Shown: positions 55,134-63,918 of the stretch, one piece after another
How the letters are laid out: each line of letters starts with the position of its first letter
How positions within the stretch are numbered: position 1 is the first letter of the stretch
Position numbers and translations under genes: made by a program
DNA from: a virus
Direction: 5' to 3' (one strand)
Length of the DNA stretch: 64,000 nt
Virus record (IMG/VR): IMGVR_UViG_3300049218_000295
Span: 104,949-168,948 of that record
The notes under the pieces: generated by a model
What the model was told of the DNA's origin: nothing
The model's input: the letters and a program-made list of their open reading frames with translations, nothing else
Database searches by the model: none

Positions 55134-55355
55134 TCAACGCGTGATGCCACGTTTTTTGAGAATCGCAATTATCTCTCTTGGCGAGACAACTCTGGCACCC
55201 GGAAGTTTGGAACCACGCATCCTCTTGGGCACATCGTAGTGAGGGTGCCTCCCGCGATGGAACCAACAACGTTTGATGCCAATCGAATTGCAGTAGGCCT
55301 CTAGTTCTGCTTCTGAAACATCGGAGACGATGTGAATTCCATCAGTATAGATCAA
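55134..55355 (-). CDS. DUF4031-like small protein
   Basis: H..SD....EL......IG..R.WF....HPHYD. Confidence 0.75.
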   Translation of the reverse strand: MIYTDGIHIVSDVSEAELEAYCNSIGIKRCWFHRGRHPHYDVPKRMRGSKLPGARVVSPREIIAILKKRGITR

Positions 55356-55882
55356 GCCACCAAGCCAAGAGCGTTAAGCCCATTTTGATGGGCTTGGGAT
55401 GCCTGTTTCAAGGCTTTACTACCTGCTAGTGCTCGAAAGGCCTGTTCATGAAACTTTTCATCGGGGAGAATGGCTGCAAAAACTTGACGGATGTCCTCTG
55501 GAGCGGACTGGTCGTGGGCAATGACTTTAATCCGAGCCAGACGCATTTTTTCAGCGTGCGCACCAATTGCAGCAATTTCTTTCAGTGGCAGAGATTGGTA
55601 ATCTTTTGGTAGAGTCTGCTCCCAATAACGAGATTTCTTTTTCAAAACTTGGGGTTTGATGCCGCGACTCTTAAGCAGTTTGGAGACCCAGAGCGCGTGT
55701 TTCGCTTCTTGTAGCGCAATCAAGTCTAAACAGGCTTTATCGGTCCCTGCGGGCAGTGCTTTGGCCAGACTCTTGATGCGACGTGCAGCAGTCACTTCAC
55801 CGTGGTATTGGTCTTTGAGCCAGGGTATCAAAGCCTTAGGATTGTTCTTAACTTCATTCCACCACTGTTTACTTGTTCTCAT
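55352..55882 (-). CDS. Ferritin-like di-iron protein
   Basis: GE..A, QE.KH, AE, DE.FH. Confidence 0.8.
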   Translation of the reverse strand: MRTSKQWWNEVKNNPKALIPWLKDQYHGEVTAARRIKSLAKALPAGTDKACLDLIALQEAKHALWVSKLLKSRGIKPQVLKKKSRYWEQTLPKDYQSLPLKEIAAIGAHAEKMRLARIKVIAHDQSAPEDIRQVFAAILPDEKFHEQAFRALAGSKALKQASQAHQNGLNALGLVA

Positions 55883-55908
55883 AAGTACCTCTCCTATCAA
55901 AATAACTG

Positions 55909-55981
55909 AGGCCCCGACGGGAGTCGAACCCATGTACTAGGTTTTAGAAACCTCTGCTCTAACCAACTGAGCTACGGGACC
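55909..55981 (-). tRNA. Amber suppressor tRNA (CTA) 1
   Basis: GAGGT-TTCTAAA-ACCTA; acceptor GGTCCCG/CGGGGCC, U73; no encoded CCA. Confidence 0.85.
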
Positions 55982-55990
55982 ATATAAAGG

Positions 55991-56063
55991 CGCACCGGGT
56001 GGGGTTCGAACCCACGACACGCAGCTTTAGAAGCTGCTCCTCTACCAACTGAGGTACCGGTGC
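55991..56063 (-). tRNA. Amber suppressor tRNA (CTA) 2
   Basis: GCAGC-TTCTAAA-GCTGC; acceptor GCACCGG/CCGGTGC, G73; followed by CCT. Confidence 0.9.
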
Positions 56064-56064
56064 A

Positions 56065-56307
56065 TTAAATAGTTCCGCTTTCGACGACAGTCTCACCAAC
56101 TACGCGCCAGGAAAGCTTCACTCCGGAGAGTTCGTGAAAACTCTTGGCGAGATTACGAGCTTCTTGACATGCCCGAGACTGACTGGCAAAACCGGGCTGG
56201 TTTGTAATGCGGGGAATATTGTACCACTGCCCCTCTTGATAAAGTTGGTCTTCGGACTGGTAATCCTGTGAGAAATAGATCTCAAAGGTATATGTGCTAT
56301 TCTTCAT
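56065..56307 (-). CDS. Hypothetical protein
   Basis: 80 aa. Confidence 0.55.
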   Translation of the reverse strand: MKNSTYTFEIYFSQDYQSEDQLYQEGQWYNIPRITNQPGFASQSRACQEARNLAKSFHELSGVKLSWRVVGETVVESGTI

Positions 56308-56336
56308 TTCTCTTTTTTAGAGGCTGCGCAGGATGC

Positions 56337-57098
56337 TTATTCGTCCGCAATATCCGGATAGTTTGGAATCAAGGATGGAAGTATTTCTCGGTCCTGTGTG
56401 AAAATCGGAGTTTCCACAACTTCCCAGCGAGTCCGTCTGACCGGAGTGTCGCGCAAATCACCCCCAGTCGGTGTAATCCAGTAGTCCTTCTTCACAATAA
56501 GGCGTCCACGTTTTTTGCCGGAATCGTAGTCGTTCCAGTTGATTCCTTTTTGGAAGATGAGTTCTTGGGCTTGGTCGAGTTTCACACCGTGCAACTCTTT
56601 ATGAGAATAAAGTGATTGGGCCACCATATTGATGGAGTTGCGAGTCGCGTCTTTCTGTCTCCAAATGAGATAATTCCGAACTTCGATTGGACTAGAAATC
56701 ACCCAGGCACGAGAATCGAAAAGAGCCTTGCCTTCGCCCTTTGGGTAGTTACGATTAAATGCTGCAGTGGCCAGAGCGGCGGAAATCGAAACCACCTTTT
56801 GCAAGTTTCCATCAAACCACGCTTGAGTTTGTGGTGTTTCGAAGTCTGTAAGTAAGATGGAGATCTCGTCTGATTGAACAAACGCACACTTTGCTCCCAT
56901 CATTTCTGGGAGCATTTCCAAAGCCGTATTATTCATGGCTTTAATAAGATCCTCGTCGAATGGACGCTCACAGTGACGCGTAAAGGTATGGAACGCCTTG
57001 CCATCAACGCGGATCAATGTATAGGTCCGACGCGGTAGCTCGTAACGCATCCGGTCCTCGTAATCGTTTTTCATTCTGTCGCCGAGTGAGTCTTGCAT
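56337..57098 (-). CDS. thg1: tRNA(His) guanylyltransferase Thg1-like protein
   Basis: RMK.YE, IRVDGKAFH.FT, QSDEIS, FDSR, YLIWRQ.DA.RNS. Confidence 0.95.
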   Translation of the reverse strand: MQDSLGDRMKNDYEDRMRYELPRRTYTLIRVDGKAFHTFTRHCERPFDEDLIKAMNNTALEMLPEMMGAKCAFVQSDEISILLTDFETPQTQAWFDGNLQKVVSISAALATAAFNRNYPKGEGKALFDSRAWVISSPIEVRNYLIWRQKDATRNSINMVAQSLYSHKELHGVKLDQAQELIFQKGINWNDYDSGKKRGRLIVKKDYWITPTGGDLRDTPVRRTRWEVVETPIFTQDREILPSLIPNYPDIADE

Positions 57099-57149
57099 GA
57101 AAGCATTTTAAGACTTGTGCGCACTGTTCTTATATGCTATAAGGACCGA

Positions 57150-57362
57150 ATGAAATCATTCGCGCTACTGCTACTGTCTTTATTCGTGGTCCTTATTCCC
57201 ATCGCCCAGGCCGAACCTGAAACGTCCGACTGCATCTTAATGATGAAAGGCTTTGTTGACGGTAAGGCTTTTTGGTATTATCAATGCGAGAACGCTGCTC
57301 AGAAATGTGGGTTGCTCATTCACCAAGGGGAGTCACCCAAACGGAGTTGTGAGAACAAATAG
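57150..57362 (+). CDS. Small secreted Cys-containing protein
   Basis: Signal peptide; TTGTGC...TGCTATAAG promoter immediately upstream. Confidence 0.55.
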   Translation: MKSFALLLLSLFVVLIPIAQAEPETSDCILMMKGFVDGKAFWYYQCENAAQKCGLLIHQGESPKRSCENK

Positions 57363-57691
57363 TGGCGCGTGTTGGAAACCAACACATTCTTGTTAAGCAA
57401 CCACATCTGCAATCTCCAGCCGCTCTGTATTTGCTGCGGCGAAAGTATGCGTCCATTTCCTACTACTTGCGCTGGGAGAAATACCGGAAAGAGTATCTTG
57501 CAACACAAAACCTGACCTGCCACTATTGTAAGCAAACCAACCTGAAAATCAAAAGCAAGGACCCCAAGGAGCTTGCTACAATTGATCATGTCGTTCCACG
57601 GGCACTAGGGGGCAAGAACGAACCTAGCAACTATGTGGTTGCCTGTCAGCATTGCAATGAAAAGAAAGGAGCAAAATTAGCGAATCGCTGA
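57362..57691 (+). CDS. HNH endonuclease
   Basis: CHYC, TIDHVVP...GG...SN.V.AC..CN.KK. Confidence 0.88.
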   Translation: MARVGNQHILVKQPHLQSPAALYLLRRKYASISYYLRWEKYRKEYLATQNLTCHYCKQTNLKIKSKDPKELATIDHVVPRALGGKNEPSNYVVACQHCNEKKGAKLANR

Positions 57692-57973
57692 TTTGCCTTC
57701 TTGGAGAACCTTCATGTGGACGCTGGCATTCAATGTTGGCCAGGCCACCATCTGGCCATCGTCCACAATTTCCCAGATCACGATGTCATGGGGTCCGGCA
57801 AGTTTCAACTTCATGTACCAATCCACCGGCATAATGATTTGGCGGTCATCGGAGAGTACAAAAGTTAGATAGCCTACATTTCCCTCCATCTCGGGAATGA
57901 CCTTCAAAATGCGCGGACGTACTGCGTCATCCAAATCGAAACCTTCGTCGCCGTATTCTTCTTCTTTGCTCAT
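57677..57973 (-). CDS. DUF2442-like protein
   Basis: L.F.LSDDR.I..P..WY..L..A......WEI..DG..V.WP.L. Confidence 0.7.
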   Translation of the reverse strand: MSKEEEYGDEGFDLDDAVRPRILKVIPEMEGNVGYLTFVLSDDRQIIMPVDWYMKLKLAGPHDIVIWEIVDDGQMVAWPTLNASVHMKVLQEGKSAIR

Positions 57974-57986
57974 AGAGACTTTTAGG

Positions 57987-58283
57987 CTAGACTGCCTCGC
58001 ATTTGGTCTCGCTGTCTGACCCAATTTGAAGGAGAGGCTTTTCCAGCGCTTTTTCATTTTGTAAGGCCTGCAACTCCACCAAAGCTGCCGCGAACTTTAA
58101 TCCCGCCAGATAGCCTACTCTTTTGTGAAACTCTGGGTCCTTGTCCTTGGCGAGTTCGATTTGCTTTTCTACCACCTGAATGGCGTGGGCTATCTCATGG
58201 GCGATTGAGTTGGTGAGCTTACTTGAAACCTCACGTCTAATTTGGCGGTCGACTTCCTGTCGAATTTCGTATTCTTTACGCAT
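57987..58283 (-). CDS. Hypothetical protein
   Basis: GAGGGG SD before MRKEYE. Confidence 0.55.
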   Translation of the reverse strand: MRKEYEIRQEVDRQIRREVSSKLTNSIAHEIAHAIQVVEKQIELAKDKDPEFHKRVGYLAGLKFAAALVELQALQNEKALEKPLLQIGSDSETKCEAV

Positions 58284-58308
58284 AATACCCCCTCTTTCAA
58301 GGTAGGCA

Positions 58309-58677
58309 TTAGCGTTTTTCGGGAGTTGTCCAATTGATTCCGGCGAGTTGGATGGGGTGGAACCACGCACGAATGAAACGGGTTGTGATTTGAAGATCGT
58401 CCACAGCAATATCAGGCTTTGGTAAGAAAGCCTGAAAAAGGTGCGCAATACCAAGGCGCTCCGCGTGCTCCTTGCAGTAATCATCGCCCGCTTGCGACCA
58501 AAGAAAGAGGCGACAGCCGCGACTTTTGGCATAGTGCAAAAATTCAATAACCGAAGGTTTGGGGTGGTCATGGCGGTCCATAATCGTGTCATCGACGTCC
58601 ACGTATACCACCGTGCCTGGTTTCCAATCGCTTTCGTCGTCCAAAATCTCTTCAAATTCCTTTTTGACATCGAGCAT
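58309..58677 (-). CDS. Minimal HAD-superfamily phosphatase
   Basis: YVDVDDT, LWS, KPD..VDD. Confidence 0.8.
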   Translation of the reverse strand: MLDVKKEFEEILDDESDWKPGTVVYVDVDDTIMDRHDHPKPSVIEFLHYAKSRGCRLFLWSQAGDDYCKEHAERLGIAHLFQAFLPKPDIAVDDLQITTRFIRAWFHPIQLAGINWTTPEKR

Positions 58678-58685
58678 CCTGGGTT

Positions 58686-58994
58686 TTAGTCCCCTAGTTC
58701 TTTCATGATGAATGCGGCTTGTTTCAGAATCTTGGTGGCATGCTTGGCAAACATTTCACACAGGACTTCTTCTACTTGGTGCGGCGTTAGGTCAGCAGCT
58801 CCCACACAAGTAGAAGCGAAATATGCGTGGCAAAGCTCATGGACCACGGTTTCTCGGTTTAAGTCATCCTCATTCAGAACAATGCAGCGAGTCTCTGGAA
58901 AGGTGACTCCGGCATGCATCCCAAAGCGCTGCTCGAATTCCTCGTCGTCCAGGGCCGTCACTTCCCAAATATCACCACAAATCAAAACCCTCAT
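58686..58994 (-). CDS. Zincin-like HExxH protein
   Basis: ETVVHELCHA, EE. Confidence 0.7.
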   Translation of the reverse strand: MRVLICGDIWEVTALDDEEFEQRFGMHAGVTFPETRCIVLNEDDLNRETVVHELCHAYFASTCVGAADLTPHQVEEVLCEMFAKHATKILKQAAFIMKELGD

Positions 58995-59031
58995 AGGTTC
59001 AAATTAATGGCGCGACTGCTAAAAATCCTAC

Positions 59032-59526
59032 GTGAACAGTCATAAAGTTATAGTGTTTGTTGATATGGATGGTGTACTGGCGAATTTTGATTCTGCAATT
59101 TCGCGTCAACGTGGTGAGCCCTACGTCAAAGTCGATGACCCGCCCGAGATGTTTGTCAAAGGCTTCTTTAGGAACCTACCGGTCATGCCGGGTGCCGCCG
59201 AAGGTATTCATGCCTTATTACAAATGCCAAAACTCGCGCTTTACATTGGGTTTAAGTTTTCCAACAAGAATGTTAATTCAGCGACGGAAAAACTAGAATG
59301 GCTCTACGAGCATTTCCCTAAGCTCGCTCGGCATTGTATGCTCTCTTGCGATAAAGGCCTCCTTAGAGGAGATTACTTAATCGATGACGACCGCAAGTGG
59401 GAGCACCAATTCCAGGGCAAATTTCTCCACTTTGACCCCCAGTCGCCATCCGAACAAAACTGGCAAAAGATCGTGGAATATTTTAAGAAGAAATATGACT
59501 CAGACCATCATAGCCCCTCCACCTAA
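59032..59526 (+). CDS. 5'(3')-deoxyribonucleotidase-like HAD
   Basis: FVDMDGVLANF, FFRNL..MPGA, EK..WL, DK....GDYLIDD. Confidence 0.9.
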   Translation: MNSHKVIVFVDMDGVLANFDSAISRQRGEPYVKVDDPPEMFVKGFFRNLPVMPGAAEGIHALLQMPKLALYIGFKFSNKNVNSATEKLEWLYEHFPKLARHCMLSCDKGLLRGDYLIDDDRKWEHQFQGKFLHFDPQSPSEQNWQKIVEYFKKKYDSDHHSPST

Positions 59527-60162
59527 GTATAACGAACACTTTCGTTGTCTTTCGTGTGGAGTTGAGTTTTTATACAAACCCGGCCCGGTCTCGCGATGCC
59601 CACGCTGCCAGGGCAAGTATTTCCTATGGGTCAACTGGGAAAAGGACTGGTACTGCGATGCGCAGACCGGTAGCTGGTGCAGATTATCTTTAGAGCATGA
59701 AAAACCCAAGCAAGAGCAAACCGAAGACCAAAAGTTGTGATGGTTATGACAACGGTTGGCCCCCAAATACGACCAAGTACCCTAAGGCAACGAAGCCCAG
59801 CCAGGGCGCTTATCCCTTCCAAATGCCACCGCAGCCTATTACCCCGAAAAGCGGCGCGTATCCAATGCCAATGCCAGGAGTAGCAAAATCTTCTAAAAAG
59901 AAGTAATGGTTCTCTGGAAGCCTCCAAAATGTGGAAACGAACACGGCCAAGTCAAATGTTTGATTTGCTCGAGTATCACTTATAAGTGCGGCTGCTTTAA
60001 CGCTCAAAGTTGCACCAGTTACCAACGTTGTAAAGCCTGTAAAGAGCGGGTGGCGAACGCCTCAGTCGAAGAACTTAGACTCCTCGTAGACCAGCTTTAT
60101 GAAGCCGTCCATGGTTTGCGCAAATACACTATCACGTACAAGCCGATGAGCGAGCGCCGGTT

Positions 60163-60357
60163 CTAGAGCCTGGATTTCGGTTCCAAAACTACGCTATGTG
60201 CGACGACTTCGCACTGTTCATCCAAGATGACCTCCACAATACCACACTCCGGCCAGCACTTTTTCTTGGCCTTTAATTCGTCAATACTGTTAAAGAAGTC
60301 AAGGGTATGGTCGAGTTCGGCCTCAAAATCCACCCCACAAACAAAATGCCTGGACAT
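60163..60357 (-). CDS. Hypothetical phage protein
   Basis: AGGAG SD; CW.ECGIVEV. Confidence 0.6.
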   Translation of the reverse strand: MSRHFVCGVDFEAELDHTLDFFNSIDELKAKKKCWPECGIVEVILDEQCEVVAHSVVLEPKSRL

Positions 60358-60442
60358 ACTGTCTCCTGCTATGCGTTATAGTGGCCAATCCTTATTGCTA
60401 AGGTAAACTTGACTTAGAGGCTCCGGAGTGGTATACACTGGT

Positions 60443-60805
60443 ATGCACGAAGTTATTCAAAGACGCCTTATTATAAGTGGAAAAGTGCAGGGAGTGGGCT
60501 TTCGAAGTTCCACCCGTGAAGCCGCAGTAATGCGAAGCTACGCCCCCGAGATGGAGATGGGCGAAGAGCTTCGAGGGTTTGTAAGAAATCTTGCAAACGG
60601 CGATGTGGAAGCGGTCTTTTGTGGAACTCAAGAGGCGGTGATGTGGATGGTTGCCTGGTGCCATCACGGGCCGATTTATGCACGTGTTGACCGCGTAAAA
60701 GTATATAAGGAAACTCCAAATCTGGAACTGGAACGATTTCTGGACGTCAATGATTTTGGGGCGCGGGGGACAGGAACCAATGTCTATTTCCAGAAATATT
60801 TTTGA
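60443..60805 (+). CDS. acyP: Acylphosphatase
   Basis: SGKVQGVGFR, GFVRNL.NGDVE, GP..ARV. Confidence 0.92.
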   Translation: MHEVIQRRLIISGKVQGVGFRSSTREAAVMRSYAPEMEMGEELRGFVRNLANGDVEAVFCGTQEAVMWMVAWCHHGPIYARVDRVKVYKETPNLELERFLDVNDFGARGTGTNVYFQKYF

Positions 60806-61030
60806 ATGCGCAATTTACGATGGGTCGGAATTTGATCGCATCTATGGCCTTTTGCGCGGAGTAGAACGCGGAACCATTCAGGTTTGTAAAGACCCAGAAT
60901 TGGGCACAACCATCGCCGAAAATGTGAGGTTCGCTCCAGCCGCAGATACGGTTTGTTATTCAAGAACTTGGTTGACCGGCGGTGTAATGGTCCTTGGAGA
61001 TGAGGGGAAACCAGAAACTGACGAGGTCTG

Positions 61031-61327
61031 ATGATATTCGATAAGGTTATCTTTGATGAGCACTTTTTCCAAATGTTAAAGGCTAACAGAGAGGTTGTCT
61101 CCGAAGCTAGTGTGCCTAGGTTTGTCTTTGAGACCGAAGTTAGTGTGCTTAGGTTCGATGAAGAACGGGCAGCCCACAAACTCACCCAGGTTGGTAAGCC
61201 TTTTGATGGTTCTCTAGTGCTTGTTATTGATACATTGCAAGCTTTAGCGTCAATCGACCAAAGACCGGATGAGAATTCCACACTTTTCAAATGGGCTTAC
61301 AATAGAACTGACAAGCCAGATTCCTAG
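61031..61327 (+). CDS. Hypothetical protein
   Basis: 98 aa, GAGG SD. Confidence 0.5.
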   Translation: MIFDKVIFDEHFFQMLKANREVVSEASVPRFVFETEVSVLRFDEERAAHKLTQVGKPFDGSLVLVIDTLQALASIDQRPDENSTLFKWAYNRTDKPDS

Positions 61328-61530
61328 CCTATATTTTGAGGTATGGCACCCGAAAAACTGGCTCATTATTGGATTTGTTTCGAATGCGCAGAAGCTAAAA
61401 AGGGTACTTGGCCTGAGGGTCATGTGGCGACCTGTATGCTCGGAGATTGCCCTTATTGCGGCCTTCCGGGAAGTCTCGCTCCTATTGTTGACTTCGATTG
61501 GCCCGACCGTGATCTCAGCGCCTGGCGCGA

Positions 61531-61836
61531 CTAACTGGGATCTTTTGAATAGATATTCTCAATGTTGTATTTGTGGCCACAATTGCCGCACTTGAAAGTC
61601 TTGCGCATGATTGACTTGTTGTCCCAGAAAAATCCATTGATTTCATCTTCGTCGAAGCTGTATTCACATTTAGGACAGGCAGTCTCCGGCGGCGCTAAGT
61701 ATATCCACTCTTCGGTCCAGTTGCCCCTTGTATAGTAATGACTACCTTGTTCACCTCCACCGTCTAGATACCAGGCCAAAAAATTGCTGCGGCCTTGCTT
61801 GGTGTCGAAGTATAGGGTGAGTTTGACTTTGTCCAT
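61531..61836 (-). CDS. Zn-ribbon hypothetical protein
   Basis: WYLDGGGEQ; CPKC, CGNC. Confidence 0.6.
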   Translation of the reverse strand: MDKVKLTLYFDTKQGRSNFLAWYLDGGGEQGSHYYTRGNWTEEWIYLAPPETACPKCEYSFDEDEINGFFWDNKSIMRKTFKCGNCGHKYNIENIYSKDPS

Positions 61837-61877
61837 AGGTTCGTCTTTTTTGGGCATCCTGGTTATTTTTATGCGAT

Positions 61878-62441
61878 ATGGCCCTGACGCGAAACCAAAT
61901 TCTTGACGCATTGGCAGACCTCGGGATCGAGGTCTCCAGAGACAACAAAGTTTCACGGAAATCTGTAAACGCAGCGCTTCAATGGGACCTCGAAGGGGTC
62001 CAGGCTTTGGCCGAAAAGTTGAACCACCTTGGTATCAGCCCCGAACCACTTAAAGCGCCCTTTCATATCGAGCTTTCGCCGGAACTCTATCGCGAGATGG
62101 CCATTAAGTCTCTAAAGGCCAAGCGCCCTGATATGGACTGGGAGAACATCTTACCACAAGTCCCAAAAGAAGAGAAGCACAAAGATGCCGCAGCAGGCTT
62201 TAACGACGTTGATGACTGGCAAGATGGTATCTTCCTCGAGATGCTTCAAAAGAAGCTGATGTCAATTATTGGGGACTGGGATAAAGTTCGCGCTGTCATG
62301 GATGAGTTTAATAAATACGAAGTCCGACTTCTTATTGCGCCGAAGGTCGAAACCGCTCCCGCAAAGGATAAAGCAGACAGCGGTATTGCTCCAATTGGTC
62401 CTCATCTTGGTTCAGGCGCGGATAAGTGGCAAGGCCCATGA
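61878..62441 (+). CDS. Hypothetical protein (N-terminus similar to 24937..25356)
   Basis: ALADLGI..SRDNKVSRKSV. Confidence 0.65.
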   Translation: MALTRNQILDALADLGIEVSRDNKVSRKSVNAALQWDLEGVQALAEKLNHLGISPEPLKAPFHIELSPELYREMAIKSLKAKRPDMDWENILPQVPKEEKHKDAAAGFNDVDDWQDGIFLEMLQKKLMSIIGDWDKVRAVMDEFNKYEVRLLIAPKVETAPAKDKADSGIAPIGPHLGSGADKWQGP

Positions 62442-62938
62442 AAACCAAAGCTGGTCCACCGGACAATTGCGTCGTTTGGAGAATGCCTATGAACCTCGAA
62501 GACACGAAACCAGAAGACCTCGAAGAGTCCCCCGCCCCGGATGCTGCTGAGAGCAAAAAAGACAAGAACGAGGAGGATGATTATCTCGCTGAAAAGAAAG
62601 CAAAAGAAAGCCAAATGCTTTCCAAGATTGAGTCCTTTTTGGATGCCAACCAGATTGACCCCGAGCAAATCACAACAGCCGATTTGCAGTGTCTAGTGCT
62701 TGCATTCTCTGTGCGCGATGAAGCGGAGAAAATTTACCAATCCGAGTCTTTCAAAGAGATTTTGGCCGGTGCCTGTGAAGATTTTCCGAACTATAACAAC
62801 GATATCGAGGATTTGAGTGGTGTTATGGATGTAACCCTTGCGGAAGCCCGCGACGAGTTTGCATCGAGCTATGAACACCCGGAATGGTTGATGATTGCAG
62901 GCAAACTGGCTTCAATGCTTCATGGTGGTCTAACTTAG
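62426..62938 (+). CDS. Acidic hypothetical protein
   Basis: 170 aa; start uncertain. Confidence 0.6.
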   Translation: MARPMKTKAGPPDNCVVWRMPMNLEDTKPEDLEESPAPDAAESKKDKNEEDDYLAEKKAKESQMLSKIESFLDANQIDPEQITTADLQCLVLAFSVRDEAEKIYQSESFKEILAGACEDFPNYNNDIEDLSGVMDVTLAEARDEFASSYEHPEWLMIAGKLASMLHGGLT

Positions 62939-63261
62939 ACCTTGATATTGACTCGACCTAGAGTCCCTTCGCTAATTCGCGTGTGCATGTCCAAGTCGTC
63001 GATTGTGATGTCAGGCTGAATTGAGCCTTTTTCAATCACTTGGGCCTCTAAGCCCAGTTTCTCACAGATGCGGTCGGCGTAATCGAGTGAGGACTCGTTT
63101 TCACCCCCGCCATTGGACCAGACAACCATCCGGCAACCAAAGCGCTGCAGAAGCCTAAAGAGCTGTACTACCTCTTCGCGTGGTTCCTCGTCGTCATCGA
63201 CCAGGGTGTTATCAACATCAAACGCGACTATAGGCTTCAGGTACACCAAGGATGGGTTCAT
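62935..63261 (-). CDS. Minimal HAD-superfamily phosphatase
   Basis: AFDVDNTL, VWS.GG, PD..IDD. Confidence 0.8.
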   Translation of the reverse strand: MNPSLVYLKPIVAFDVDNTLVDDDEEPREEVVQLFRLLQRFGCRMVVWSNGGGENESSLDYADRICEKLGLEAQVIEKGSIQPDITIDDLDMHTRISEGTLGRVNIKV

Positions 63262-63269
63262 CTAGTCTT

Positions 63270-63749
63270 TTACATCATCGCGGCGGCAACGACTTTGGCC
63301 TTTACGGAATTAAACAAACTGTCGTATTCCTGGGCAGCTTTAGCGTCTTCGCTCATGCTGAAATAAGTGAGCAGATTGAGCGCAGTGTCCTGAAGTCGGA
63401 GCCATCTCCCCAGCACCTCATCAACCGAAATGGTAGCGAAGTCCTGGAGAAGCATGTTAAGAGCATTCACGACATCGGTAGCAGAAAGGGCGGCGGCAGT
63501 GACTCCTGCGCCACAAAGCCCCTTTACAATCTTGATGTGCTTGCAGTCCGTGCCTTTTGGGTTGCAGACCCGCGTCCAACCCATACAGCCACAGGTCCAG
63601 CGGCTATCCGAATTTCGAATGGCGACCGTGTATTCTCGTTTCCCATCTTCGGATTTAACAATACGACGACCTCGGTACTGTTCGGAGTTCTCCAACGTAG
63701 CTACGATTTGGGAACGCTGTGATTGGGAAACGGTAGTTGCTGTTGTCAT
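63270..63749 (-). CDS. SWIM zinc-finger protein
   Basis: YTV......WTCGC.GW........CKHI. Confidence 0.75.
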   Translation of the reverse strand: MTTATTVSQSQRSQIVATLENSEQYRGRRIVKSEDGKREYTVAIRNSDSRWTCGCMGWTRVCNPKGTDCKHIKIVKGLCGAGVTAAALSATDVVNALNMLLQDFATISVDEVLGRWLRLQDTALNLLTYFSMSEDAKAAQEYDSLFNSVKAKVVAAAMM

Positions 63750-63755
63750 ATTTCC

Positions 63756-63918
63756 ATTATAGCATAGTGTGATATCCTTGTCAAGGACGCGCGCTCGGCG
63801 CGCTCGGCCCTTTACTCGCCCTTTAAAGGAGGTGGCCCATAACCATGTCACGCAGGACAGGGTAGTCCCTATCCCGTCCCTGTAGGACTTGACAAGGTGT
63901 GCTATACTATGCTATAAT
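63756..63918. promoter_or_regulatory. Divergent pair of sigma70-type early promoters
   Basis: Minus: TTGACA (63784)-17-TATAAT. Plus: TTGACA (63889)-18-TATAAT. Confidence 0.8.

Noticed and set aside
55909-56063. Pyrrolysine tRNA or Arg(TCT) reading of the CUA tRNAs
   Set aside because: Canonical D-loop and 5-bp anticodon stem, unlike tRNA-Pyl, and no pyl genes. Stem register centres CTA, not TCT.
63788-63810. Short tandem repeat GCGCGCTCG x2 as an origin or iteron
   Set aside because: Only two copies and no supporting context.
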